The notes beneath the pieces were generated by a model, which was not told the origin of the DNA, did no database searches, and worked only from the letters and a program-made list of their open reading frames with translations. This document shows positions 1 through 8,618 of a stretch of DNA of 48,981 nt, one piece after another. Position 1 is the stretch's first letter. Every line of letters begins with the position of its first letter. The translations under genes and the position numbers were made by a program. The DNA is taken from assembly GCA_035713505.1 (NCBI GenBank), contig DASSZL010000318.1, positions 1 to 48,981 of the forward strand. Direction: 5' to 3'. This DNA comes from Vulcanimicrobiaceae bacterium. GTDB lineage: Bacteria > Vulcanimicrobiota > Vulcanimicrobiia > Vulcanimicrobiales > Vulcanimicrobiaceae.

Positions 1-213
1 CTCGCGCCGCGCTGGAAGATGTTCGTGGTGACGTGGATGGTGGTATGGATTGTCGTGTGGATTCTGGACATCTGGTACGCGCCGCTGGTCCAGCCGCTGC
101 CCGTGCGGCTGCGGGCGCCGGCTTTTACGGTGGTCATCGTGGGTTTGCTCACGTACGTGCCGATGCCCAACGTCACCAAACTGCTGCATGGGTTTGTCTA
201 CGCGCAGCAATGA
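1..213 (+). CDS. 3' end of a membrane-associated protein entering from the left edge (function unknown)
   Basis: Frame 1 is open from base 1 to TGA at 211-213. The tail (RWKMFVVTWMVVWIVVWILDIWYAPLV...LLTYVPMPNVTKLL) is strongly hydrophobic. Its stop overlaps the next ATG (ATGA at 210-213). It resembles the membrane tail of ABM-superfamily proteins, from memory only. Confidence 0.45.
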   Translation, partial: LAPRWKMFVVTWMVVWIVVWILDIWYAPLVQPLPVRLRAPAFTVVIVGLLTYVPMPNVTKLLHGFVYAQQ

Positions 214-1112
214 AGACCGTTCTGCTCCAAAACGTACACGGCGAGAGCGTGACGCTGAGCACGCTGGGAGCCGCGATTGCCTCAATCGCCGTTCCCGATG
301 CCCGCGGCGCGCGCGGTGAAGTCACCGTTTCGGCCGGAAGCAGCGCCGGAAAAACGATAGGCCGTTACGCGAATCGCATTGCGCGCGGCACGTTCGATCT
401 CGACGGCCGCACGTACGTACTGCCGGCGAACGAGGGGCGCAACACGCTGCACGGCGGCCCGGAGGGCTTTTCGAAACACGAGTGGCAGATCGCCGATACG
501 CAAGGAGCGGGCGAGCGTCTGATCGCGGTGGAATTTTCGCTGCACAGCCCGGACGGGGACCAGGGGTTTCCCGGGGCGATGGACGCCCGCGTGCGCTATA
601 CGTGGAGTGACGATTGTGCGCTGCGCATCGACTACGCCGCGAGCACCGATAAACCGACGGTCGTCAACTTCACGAACCACGTGTATTTCAATCTGCATTC
701 GCAGGGCGAGATCGCCGAGCACGAACTGCAGATCGCGGCGAGTGCGTATACGCCGCTCGACGGCGAACTTATTCCGACCGGCGAGATCGCGAGCGTCGCG
801 GGCACGCCGTTCGATTTTCGCTCGACTCGTCCCGTCGGCTCGCGCAAGTACGACGTGAACTTCGCGATCGACGGGTGGGACAACACGCTGCGGCCGGTCG
901 CGCAACTTTTCGATCCGCGCAGCCGCCGTCGACTGTTCGTGGAAACCTCACAGCCGGGACTTCAGCTGTACACGGGAAAGCCGGGTGCGGTGGCTTTGGA
1001 GACGCAGCATTTCGCCGACGCGCCGCACCACCCGAATTTTCCGAGCACCGTGCTGCGGCCGGGAGAGCGGTTTACTTCAAGCACGATTTACCGCTTCGCT
1101 CACGATCGATGA
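210..1112 (+). CDS. galM: aldose 1-epimerase (galactose mutarotase)
   Basis: Motifs GRYANRIARGTFDLDGRTYVLPANEGRNTLHGGPEGF, NFTNHVYFNL and ETQHFADAPHHPNFPSTVLRPGE. Start moved to the ATG at 210 (MKTVLLQN...), which forms an ATGA overlap with the upstream stop. The Arg/Ala-rich track N-terminus has no family resemblance. Confidence 0.9.
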   Translation: MKTVLLQNVHGESVTLSTLGAAIASIAVPDARGARGEVTVSAGSSAGKTIGRYANRIARGTFDLDGRTYVLPANEGRNTLHGGPEGFSKHEWQIADTQGAGERLIAVEFSLHSPDGDQGFPGAMDARVRYTWSDDCALRIDYAASTDKPTVVNFTNHVYFNLHSQGEIAEHELQIAASAYTPLDGELIPTGEIASVAGTPFDFRSTRPVGSRKYDVNFAIDGWDNTLRPVAQLFDPRSRRRLFVETSQPGLQLYTGKPGAVALETQHFADAPHHPNFPSTVLRPGERFTSSTIYRFAHDR

Positions 1113-2139
1113 GCGCGCGTTTGCGCGGCAAACCCCACTTATAGCCGCCCAGGCCGCCGTTTCCGCGAATGACGCGGTGGCACGGAATGACCAGCGCCAA
1201 CACGTTGCTTGCGCAGGCGTGCGCAACCGCGCGAGCGGCTTTGGGCCGGCCGATGCCTTGCGCAACCTGAGCATACGACCGTACCTCGCCGTACGGAATC
1301 CTCTGCAAATAGTTCCACACGCGCAGTTGAAACGCCGTTGCGCGAATGTCCGCCGGCAGATCCAAGTGCGGCTTGCTACCGGACAAATGCGCTCGCAAGG
1401 CTTGCACCCATCCCTCGAACTGCGAATCATGCGGCTCGCGCATCGGTTCGTGCACCGCGTTCGGATATTCCGAACGCAGCATCGCCTCGAGCTGCTCGTG
1501 CGATTCGCCGAACTGCACGAAGCACAATCCGCGATCGGTTGCGGCCGCCATCAGCAAGCCGAGCGGCGTTTCAAACGAAACGTAGGTGATACGCACGCCC
1601 TTTCCGGCGGCGCGGTACTCTTTCGGCGTCATGCCCAAGCGCGTCCCGGCGCATTCGTAAACGCGGCTCGGCGAACCGTACCCTGCGTCGTATACTGCGG
1701 CCGTGACGTCCGGGCCGGACTTGAGGTGCTCTTTGAGCGCCCGCACGCGCTGCGCGTCGTGGTACTGTTTGGGCGTCACGCCGACAACCGACTTGAACGT
1801 GCGCTGGAAGTGAAAGCGGCTCATGCCCGCGCGCCGCGCGAGCGTTTCGAGCGTAAGCGGATCCTCGCCGTGCGTTTCGATGTAGCGGCAGATCTCTTCG
1901 ATGCGCTGCGCCGCCGCATCGCGCGTTTCGAGCGGACGGCAGCGCTTGCATGGGCGCAGACCGGCGCGCTCGGCGTCTTGCGGCGACTCGAAAAACCGCA
2001 CGTTGCCGCGCAGCGGCAGGCGCGCCGCACAGGACGGACGGCAGTATATGCCCGTCGTGAGCACTCCGAAATACAAGCGGCCATCCTGTGATGCGTCGCG
2101 TTCCTGAACGGCCTTCCAGCAAAAATCGTCGTTGAGCAT
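1072..2139 (-). CDS. ada: bifunctional Ada-type regulator / methylated-DNA--protein-cysteine methyltransferase
   Basis: N-terminal Cys cluster (YCRPSCAARLP...PCKRCRP), a central AraC-type HTH region and a C-terminal PCHRV active-site motif (VIPCHRVIRGNGGLGGY). Length of 355 aa matches Ada. Confidence 0.9.
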   Translation of the reverse strand: MLNDDFCWKAVQERDASQDGRLYFGVLTTGIYCRPSCAARLPLRGNVRFFESPQDAERAGLRPCKRCRPLETRDAAAQRIEEICRYIETHGEDPLTLETLARRAGMSRFHFQRTFKSVVGVTPKQYHDAQRVRALKEHLKSGPDVTAAVYDAGYGSPSRVYECAGTRLGMTPKEYRAAGKGVRITYVSFETPLGLLMAAATDRGLCFVQFGESHEQLEAMLRSEYPNAVHEPMREPHDSQFEGWVQALRAHLSGSKPHLDLPADIRATAFQLRVWNYLQRIPYGEVRSYAQVAQGIGRPKAARAVAHACASNVLALVIPCHRVIRGNGGLGGYKWGLPRKRALIDRERSGKSCLK

Positions 2140-2214
2140 GCTTGCAGCCTAGCCTGTTCGACATCCGGCCGCCATCGGAAAGTTGCGCTCGAATCCGCGG
2201 CGAAAGGGACTCTC

Positions 2215-3759
2215 ATGAAGATGCTGCGTTCAATCGCTCTCGGCTTCGCTCTGCTCGGAATACTGGCTGCAGCGCCCGCAGCATCGGTCACGGTTCCGCA
2301 AGATCAGGCGGCCGCCGAAAACGCGCGCTGGAGTTCGCTCGGCGTGCATTTGCCGCCCGGCGGCATCGTTTTGACACACCCGTATGCCGCTCCGTACACC
2401 AACCGCTCGTTCATCGTTCCGTTCGCGTGGTATCAAGATTTTTATTCCGCGCAGCGAAAAGACAAAAACCTGCCGGTGGACGCCTGGGCGCTGCGCCGCG
2501 ATCTTCCCGTGCTGCAGCTCTTGCTGGAGAAGGCGTACGCGGGCTACCGGCCCGCGGCGGCACGCGGCTGGAACTGGAAGGCGATGTTTCGCGGGTGGGA
2601 CGCGCAGCTCGCACGCGCGGGCAACAAGAAGATTTCACTGAATAGCGCTTTCGCACCGTGGGGCGCGCTCGAGAGCGTGGATCTCGACAATCACTCCGGT
2701 ATCCCCGGATTCACGGCGTTTACCGGCGGATCGGCAAGCGCCGTGCTGGCGCAAAATCCAGAAGGTACGTGTTCGGCTCTGCGCTTTGCAGGCGGACGCA
2801 CGGCCAAACTCTGGGCGCACGATGCGGGCGAGCAACCGCATGCCGTGCAGTCGTGGAACGGCGCGCAGTTCGCGCCGGCATGGTACGTGAGTTATCCGCA
2901 GCGCCTCGGGAACCCGAGCGCGATCGTGTGCGGTACGCGCGAGATTTCGCTTACGCGGGCGGCGCGCGTTGCGGCGCCATCGCAAACGCCGGTGTACCAA
3001 ACGTGGCAGGACGGCATCTCGTACGTTCGCATGCCCACCTTCACCGGCGCCAACAACGACGCATTGCGCAAAGCGCTTTCCGGTGCCGCGGACCTCGGCA
3101 AAGAGCGGCTCGTGATCCTGGACTTGCGCGGTAACGGCGGCGGCAACGCACCCTCCGACGTCCTGACGAATTGGTTCGCGGAAAGCGCGCTCGAAATAGC
3201 GGGGTCCACGCCGCAAATCAGCAGCAGCTCGTGCTTTACGACCGCGCTCTCCTTCGGTCTGCAGCAGCAACTCATCGGCGGGCTCAAGCCGCCGGTGTCC
3301 CAAGGCCTGCAGCAAGCGCTGCAGCAGATCGTCGATACGCTGCAAGGCTCCGCCACGCCGGGCTGCGAGGTGCAGCCGCAGGACACGCGCGGCGATCGGG
3401 ATATGCGCGATCATCATTTCGACGTCCGCGCGCAGCAGCAGGGAGAAACGCGCGTCATCGCGCTGGTCGACGGCGGCTGCGCCGACGAGTGCGAATATCT
3501 CACGTATATGCTCGGCGGTTTGCCGGACACGGTGATCGCGGGAACGAGCACGTACGGCAGCATGGGTTTCACGCAGCTTGGATATTTCGTGCTGCCCAAC
3601 TCGCGCGTGCCGTTTCGCATCGCGCTCACGCGCAACGACCCGTACGGCGACGGGCGTTCAATCGACGGCCACGGCCTTACGGTCGACGTGCTGCTGCCGA
3701 ATGCGCAGAGCCAGTCACGGCAGTCCCTAACGGCCCTCGCGAAACTGCTCGCCGGCTAA
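2215..3759 (+). CDS. secreted S41 (C-terminal processing peptidase)-like protein
   Basis: Signal peptide MKMLRSIALGFALLGILAAAPAAS. S41-type box LVILDLRGNGGGN. See the finding on the possible loss of the nucleophile Ser. Confidence 0.7.
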   Translation: MKMLRSIALGFALLGILAAAPAASVTVPQDQAAAENARWSSLGVHLPPGGIVLTHPYAAPYTNRSFIVPFAWYQDFYSAQRKDKNLPVDAWALRRDLPVLQLLLEKAYAGYRPAAARGWNWKAMFRGWDAQLARAGNKKISLNSAFAPWGALESVDLDNHSGIPGFTAFTGGSASAVLAQNPEGTCSALRFAGGRTAKLWAHDAGEQPHAVQSWNGAQFAPAWYVSYPQRLGNPSAIVCGTREISLTRAARVAAPSQTPVYQTWQDGISYVRMPTFTGANNDALRKALSGAADLGKERLVILDLRGNGGGNAPSDVLTNWFAESALEIAGSTPQISSSSCFTTALSFGLQQQLIGGLKPPVSQGLQQALQQIVDTLQGSATPGCEVQPQDTRGDRDMRDHHFDVRAQQQGETRVIALVDGGCADECEYLTYMLGGLPDTVIAGTSTYGSMGFTQLGYFVLPNSRVPFRIALTRNDPYGDGRSIDGHGLTVDVLLPNAQSQSRQSLTALAKLLAG

Positions 3760-3830
3760 ATGCCGCGACCCTAAATGGGTATTTCGGACCGGCTAAGCAT
3801 AATACACCCTTCACCGAAAGCACACCGCCC

Positions 3831-3855
3831 GTTCACCGAACCTTCCCCGGTGAAC
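3831..3855. promoter_or_regulatory. perfect 8-bp inverted repeat GTTCACCG-N9-CGGTGAAC, with a third TTCACCGAA copy 22 nt upstream
   Basis: Read directly: TTCACCGAA at 3810-3818 and 3832-3840, and CGGTGAAC at 3848-3855. It lies in the AT-richer spacer upstream of the kinase. Function (operator or hairpin) is unknown. Confidence 0.35.
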
Positions 3856-4003
3856 CCTATTCTCGGGAAAAGGGAGGTCGGATGCAACGCCGCTTGACTG
3901 CCACGGCGCCTTTTCGCATCGCTTTTTGTGAGCGTCTGGTTTGCGTTGCGGTTCAAGCGCTCAAGCGGAGCCCAGGTTCGGGCCCTACACTGGGGCCGGT
4001 GCC

Positions 4004-5398
4004 GTGAACAAGACTCTGAGCGCGCTGCGGAATCTCCGTCCGCTGCGCCGATCCGTAATCGGGGTCCTTATCGTCATCGTCGCGATGCCGCTTATTAGCC
4101 TGTGGGCGACGCTTCGCGTCGGCGAATTGAGCGATCGCATCACCACGATAGACGAGGCGCGGCTGAGCGTTTCGCGCACGCTGCGCTATACGCTCGACGA
4201 AGAAACCGGCATCCGCGGATATGCTGCGACCGGAAAGACGGACTTTCTCCAGCCGTACCGCGCGGCGCACCCGCGCATCGAGGTGCTGCTAGCGGAGCTG
4301 CCCTTGGCCTTCGCGCATGCCGGCCTCTATGAAGTCTTGCCGAAATTGACCGACATGGCACTCCTGCACGACCAATGGTACGCGCAAATCGCAGCGCCTT
4401 TACTCAAAAATACGCACCGGCCGGATGCCGTCGCGATCGAAGAACGCGGCAGAGAGATCGTGGACCGGCTGCGCGCGGACACGGAAGCTATTCAAACGCT
4501 TTCCGCGCGCAACATCAAGGCTGCGTCCCGGGAAATCCTGCAGGTCATGATCACCGCGGGACTCCTTGCGGCGGCGTGGATTCTGATCGTCGGAACCTTC
4601 ACGGTGCTCCTCGAACGCCGCGCCGCGCAGCGCGAAACCGATCTCGTGATGTCGCTCGTCGCCGAACGGGACGCCGTGGAACGCTTGAGCGACTGGCGCT
4701 CGCGTCTGCTGGCCATGCTCGCGCACGATTTCAAGTCGCAGCTCGCCGTGGTCATCGGGGCGGCGCATCTGCTGGAAGACTTTCCGCAGCGGCGCGGCGA
4801 TCCGCAGCTGCTGGCTTCGGTTCGCGCATCCGGGTACACGCTCGCCGAAATGGCCGACAATGCCATTCTGCTCGCGCGCGCTCAAGAGCGGCGGCTGGTT
4901 CTGCAGCGCAGCACGTTCGACATCGGCGAGGTCGTCGGCGGCGTCCTCCAGCGCTATGGCGCGCAGCGCGAGGTTCATCTTTACTCGCAGACGCCGACGG
5001 CGATGATCGACGGCGACCGCTCGTACGTCATGCGCGTCATGGACAACATCATCGGTAACGCGGTGAAGTATTCGGATGACCCCGTCGACGTGCATCTGGG
5101 CGAGGAAGCCAAATACGTGCGGGTCGCGGTGACCGACCGCGGCGTGGGCATCGCGGAAGACGATTTGCCCCGTATATTCGAGGAGTTTTGGCGTTCGGAA
5201 AAGGCGCTTTCGAGCAGGAACGGCAGCGGCGTCGGCCTCTTCATCGTCAAGCAGATCATGGAAGCTCACGGGGGCAGCATTCGCGTCGAAAGCGAGCCCG
5301 GCAAAGGCACCACGGTGACGCTGCGTTTCCCGCGTGCGATGACCGCGTTCGCCGCAAGCGCGAACGGCCCGGTCGAAACGCTCAAAACAGCAACGTAG
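4004..5398 (+). CDS. CHASE3-domain sensor histidine kinase (no adjacent response regulator)
   Basis: N-terminal TM, CHASE3-like LDEETGIRGYAATGKTDFLQPY, a second TM, H-box LAMLAHDFKSQL, and ATPase boxes NIIGNAVKYS, DRGVGI and GSGVGLFIV. Start set at GTG 4004 (VNKTLSAL...). The track start 3941 is an alternative. Confidence 0.85.
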   Translation: MNKTLSALRNLRPLRRSVIGVLIVIVAMPLISLWATLRVGELSDRITTIDEARLSVSRTLRYTLDEETGIRGYAATGKTDFLQPYRAAHPRIEVLLAELPLAFAHAGLYEVLPKLTDMALLHDQWYAQIAAPLLKNTHRPDAVAIEERGREIVDRLRADTEAIQTLSARNIKAASREILQVMITAGLLAAAWILIVGTFTVLLERRAAQRETDLVMSLVAERDAVERLSDWRSRLLAMLAHDFKSQLAVVIGAAHLLEDFPQRRGDPQLLASVRASGYTLAEMADNAILLARAQERRLVLQRSTFDIGEVVGGVLQRYGAQREVHLYSQTPTAMIDGDRSYVMRVMDNIIGNAVKYSDDPVDVHLGEEAKYVRVAVTDRGVGIAEDDLPRIFEEFWRSEKALSSRNGSGVGLFIVKQIMEAHGGSIRVESEPGKGTTVTLRFPRAMTAFAASANGPVETLKTAT

Positions 5399-6209
5399 CC
5401 AGCTCTCCGGTCCGCCGAAAGCCCACGCGCTCGTACAGCCGCAGCGCGGGGTCGTTGAATCCATTGACGTAAAGGCTTAGCGTCGGCACGTCCTTGAGCA
5501 GTTCCGCGCAGATTGCGGCGAGCGCGCGCGTTGCCAAACCGCGTCCGCGCAGGCGCTCCGGCGTCCAAATCCCTTGGAGCTGCAGCGTGTATTCGCTGCG
5601 GGGCCCGGCGTTGCAAAAGAAGCAGATCTCGCCGTCGTGCACGCCCACCCACCACATGCCGCGATCGATCATGATCCGCACGTTCGCGTTGAATTCGGCG
5701 CTGACGCCGCGCGGATCGTACTCGAGCTCGTGCTCGATCATCTCCGCGGAATTTTTCGCGACGGTTTCCCATTCGCTCGCGTATGCGCGGCGTGCGCGCA
5801 CGCCGCCGGCCGCCGCGCGCAGTGAGGATCGATCGAGCGCGAGCACCGGCTGGCTTTCCCGGATCCGCCGCGGCGGCGTATGCCATCCGCGCACGCGCTC
5901 CCAAAAGCGCTCGACGACCGGCCGCGGCCCAACGACCATGCGTTCGAAGCGATATCCGGCCGCGACGTTCGCGAACGCATCGACCGCGGCGTCATCCTCC
6001 GCCGCCAAAACGACTTGCCGGCCGAAGAAGGCGACGCCCCGAACGCCGCTCTGCGCATCGAAATAGACGTACAGCGAGGACCGCGTCGCCATGGATCTAT
6101 CGCTCGCGATGAGCCAGGCCAAAAAGACGTTGTCGTACGGCGCTTGGCCGAGATACGCGAGTGCCGCGCGCTCATGCGTGCGCACGAGGCGCTGCACTCC
6201 CGGCTTCAT
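5382..6209 (-). CDS. GNAT-family N-acetyltransferase with an N-terminal extension
   Basis: C-terminal GNAT core (QLQGIWTPERLRGRGLATRAL...LYVNGFNDPALRLYERVGF). Its ATG shares one base with the anti-sigma stop (TGATG at 6207-6211). Confidence 0.8.
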   Translation of the reverse strand: MKPGVQRLVRTHERAALAYLGQAPYDNVFLAWLIASDRSMATRSSLYVYFDAQSGVRGVAFFGRQVVLAAEDDAAVDAFANVAAGYRFERMVVGPRPVVERFWERVRGWHTPPRRIRESQPVLALDRSSLRAAAGGVRARRAYASEWETVAKNSAEMIEHELEYDPRGVSAEFNANVRIMIDRGMWWVGVHDGEICFFCNAGPRSEYTLQLQGIWTPERLRGRGLATRALAAICAELLKDVPTLSLYVNGFNDPALRLYERVGFRRTGELATLLF

Positions 6210-7000
6210 CAGCTGAATTTGAATACGAACGCCGGCGTGCTGGTCGGCTGTTTACTGCCGCCGTCGGGCTCGACGCTGACCGCCACGGCCGCGATCTTCG
6301 ACGCGTCGACCGGAATCGACACCACGGCGACGCCCCCGGCATTCGGCACGAACGTCACCGACGGCGACATGCGGGACGCACCGGTGCGCAGCGTCCAAGC
6401 CTGATAGACTTTGCCTTTCGGCGGCGGCGGCAAGGCTTCCATCGCCAAATACAACCGATCGCCGTGCCGCACGACTTGGCCGTGATCGACGCCGTACCGT
6501 TGGGAGTCGGGCGAGACCAAGTCCGCCGTTTCCGTACGCTGACGAGCCAGGTCAGCAAGCAGACGGTGATTTTGGCCGTCGATCTGCGCGAGTTCGCTGC
6601 GCGTTTGCCGCATCTGATCGTTGAGCGAGATATTCATGATCCCGGTGATTAGCGCGATCACCAGACATGCCGCCGCGACGGCGTACGCCGGCCAGACGAT
6701 CGGCCGTACCGCACGCATCTCCGCCACATTGGACTTGGGCGCTGCGGCGGCGTCGCGCCCGACCTGCTGCATGATGCGCGCTTTGAGCAGCGGGCTCGCG
6801 ACGACGGCCCCGTGTTCCGCATCGGGGCAAGCCTCGGCCGCGTACGCGAGAGCGCCGGCCGCCGAACGCAGCTGTACGTACTCCTCGCGGCACTGGGGAC
6901 ATGCCGCAAGATGCGCGCGGACCTTCTGCGCCTCGCCCGGCGGCAGCGAGCCGAGCGCGTAGACGGCAACGTCGTCGAGCATTGCTTCGTGCGCGGTCAT
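6209..7000 (-). CDS. zinc-binding (ZAS-type) anti-sigma factor with an RskA-like C-terminal domain
   Basis: H-x3-C-x2-C motif (RAHLAACPQCREE), one central TM (IVWPAYAVAAACLVIALITGI) and an extracytoplasmic KVYQAW... domain. ATGA overlap with the sigma gene at 6997-7000. Confidence 0.85.
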   Translation of the reverse strand: MTAHEAMLDDVAVYALGSLPPGEAQKVRAHLAACPQCREEYVQLRSAAGALAYAAEACPDAEHGAVVASPLLKARIMQQVGRDAAAAPKSNVAEMRAVRPIVWPAYAVAAACLVIALITGIMNISLNDQMRQTRSELAQIDGQNHRLLADLARQRTETADLVSPDSQRYGVDHGQVVRHGDRLYLAMEALPPPPKGKVYQAWTLRTGASRMSPSVTFVPNAGGVAVVSIPVDASKIAAVAVSVEPDGGSKQPTSTPAFVFKFS

Positions 7001-7527
7001 ACCGCCACCGTTTCCTGCAGCACCGCGCGCAACTTTCGCAACCCGGCGCGCACGCGCGTCTTCACCGTTCCGAGCGGAACACCGGTGCGGCGAGCGAGTT
7101 CTTCATGCGTCATGCCGCCGAAGAAACCCAGTTCGATGAGATCGCGCTGCTCTTGCGGCAATTGCAGCAGCGCTGCGCGAACGAGATCGGCATTGATGTG
7201 AGCGAAAGCGGCATCTTCGAGCCTGTCATCTGCGGGCTGATCCTGGGGCAGCTCCTCATGGCGGTACGATTTGCTGCGCAGCAGATCCAAAGCTCGATTG
7301 CGCGTCATACGCACGAGCCAACCGGCAAAATTGCCGGTTTCGAACAGCTGCGGCGAACTCCAAATTTTCAGGAAGACCGCTTGGGTCACGTCTTCGGCGG
7401 ACGCCACGTCCCCCAGCATGCGCATCGCTACGCCGTACACCAGGCGATGATGTTCGTCGTATAGTGCTTCGAAGGCCGCGGCATCTTTCGACCGCACGCG
7501 AGCCATGAGCCGGGCTGCGTCTTCCAC
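6997..7527 (-). CDS. ECF (group 4) RNA polymerase sigma factor
   Basis: Region 2 (AAFEALYDEHHRLVYGVAMRML...DVTQAVFLKIW) and region 4 (LPQEQRDLIELGFFGGMTHEELARRTGVPLGTVKTRVRAGL). Start is GTG 7527 or ATG 7506. The track start 7668 would run into the upstream gene. Confidence 0.9.
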   Translation of the reverse strand: MEDAARLMARVRSKDAAAFEALYDEHHRLVYGVAMRMLGDVASAEDVTQAVFLKIWSSPQLFETGNFAGWLVRMTRNRALDLLRSKSYRHEELPQDQPADDRLEDAAFAHINADLVRAALLQLPQEQRDLIELGFFGGMTHEELARRTGVPLGTVKTRVRAGLRKLRAVLQETVAV

Positions 7528-7600
7528 AGTAGTTGAGTGCTTCGCTTCATTGGGAGCTTCCCCCGGTGTGCTAACGGCGCGCTCCGCGCCGCGGATTGCG

Positions 7601-8566
7601 TTAGAAGCTTTGCGGGGCTTCGTAGTCGCCGCTGACCGGCGGCAAGTCGGGCATGGCGGGCATCGCATCGTCCACGCCTGAAAAGCGGGGCAGTGCGGGC
7701 AATTGCTCGGCAGCCGCGGCGGGCGCGGACGGCGCTTGCGGTTTCGGTGTTTCTATGACCGTCTGCAATGCGGTGATTTCGGGCGGCAGATGCAGCAGTT
7801 CTTCCTCGGCGCGCTTGGCCAAGCCGCGGATGATGTACGCTTTCTGCAGGCGCCGCAGCCCGGGCAGCGGGAGCGTGGTCGTGGAGAGCGCCACGAACTG
7901 ATCGGCAACCGGTTCGTACGTCGCCGCCGCGGCCAGAATGTAGGCGTTGATGTCTTCCGCGGCTTGCTGCAGGCGCGAGGCGACATTCGCCGGATTGCCG
8001 ACGATAGCGAATTCGCGCCGCTGCGCGAAGCCCACCTCACCGGCGACTACAGGCCCGGAATTCACGCCCGCATAGACTTGAAATGGACGGCGCCCCTGCG
8101 CTTGCCAGCGCACGTTCATCGCATTGGCCAGACGCACGATGCGCAGTGCCGCACGAAGCGCGCGCTCTTCTTGAAACGTGTCGCTCGTGAGCACGCCGAA
8201 AACCGCGGTGATGCCGTCGGCGTGCAGACGCTCGATGACGCCGCCGTGGCGCACGATTGCGCGGCCCGCGACGGCATAAAACTCGTTCAGGTGGCGAAGC
8301 GTCTCTTCGGCGGTGAGTTCCTCGGCGAAGAAACCGAAATTCCGGATGCGGCAGCAGAGCACGGTCGCGTAATGGCGCTGCGCCCAGAGCAGCTTCAGGT
8401 CACGCCGCGCCAGAATTTCGTCGACGACGTGCTCGGGGACATAGCGTGAAAACAGCGCGCGCAAGCGATGTAATTCATCCCGCTCGTTCGCGTACCGGAG
8501 CCCGAGATACACCAGGCCTGCGAGGCCGACGGCCGCCAGCAGGCCCGAGAGGAGCGCCACTACCAT
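7601..8566 (-). CDS. membrane-anchored class III nucleotidyl cyclase homology domain protein (possibly non-catalytic)
   Basis: N-terminal TM, then a cyclase-homology fold: ...TVLCCRIRNFGFF..., GGVIERLHADGITAVFG and FAIVGNPANVASRLQ. It ends in a Pro/Ala-rich C-terminal tail. Confidence 0.75.
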   Translation of the reverse strand: MVVALLSGLLAAVGLAGLVYLGLRYANERDELHRLRALFSRYVPEHVVDEILARRDLKLLWAQRHYATVLCCRIRNFGFFAEELTAEETLRHLNEFYAVAGRAIVRHGGVIERLHADGITAVFGVLTSDTFQEERALRAALRIVRLANAMNVRWQAQGRRPFQVYAGVNSGPVVAGEVGFAQRREFAIVGNPANVASRLQQAAEDINAYILAAAATYEPVADQFVALSTTTLPLPGLRRLQKAYIIRGLAKRAEEELLHLPPEITALQTVIETPKPQAPSAPAAAAEQLPALPRFSGVDDAMPAMPDLPPVSGDYEAPQSF

Positions 8567-8618
8567 CCAATCGGGTTTTCGGCCGGGAGGGCTGCAGGCC
8601 TTATGGTCGTAGCTCGCC

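Noticed and set aside
33-209. Long N-terminal extensions in the ORF track: galM from 33, the GH20 gene from 8915, M20 from 12821, the methyltransferase from 13825, the FAD oxidoreductase from 19899, nanE from 23048, the lipoprotein from 39150 and the acylase from 47208.
   Set aside because: The extensions are Arg/Ala-rich and overlap the preceding gene. Family similarity begins at an internal ATG or GTG that forms an ATGA/GTGA-type overlap with the upstream stop. The shorter starts were used.
2183-2195. Possible Ada box upstream of ada (minus strand GATTCGAGCGCAA, compared with consensus AAT-N6-GCAA).
   Set aside because: It is only a partial match (GAT instead of AAT). It lies just ~45-55 nt from the ATG, leaving little room for a promoter. 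I cannot support it as a site.
3797-3802. CATAAT hexamer as a -10 element for the kinase region.
   Set aside because: No acceptable -35 element lies at 16-19 nt spacing. The promoter consensus for this organism is unknown.
7428-7550. Out-of-frame ATG at 7550 (minus strand), well spaced from a GGGGGAAG Shine-Dalgarno-like sequence upstream of the sigma gene.
   Set aside because: The resulting ~40-codon frame (MKRSTQLLWKTQPGS...) has no similarity to anything. The sigma region 2 is clearly in the other frame, so I treated it as chance. The Shine-Dalgarno-like element may instead serve GTG 7527.
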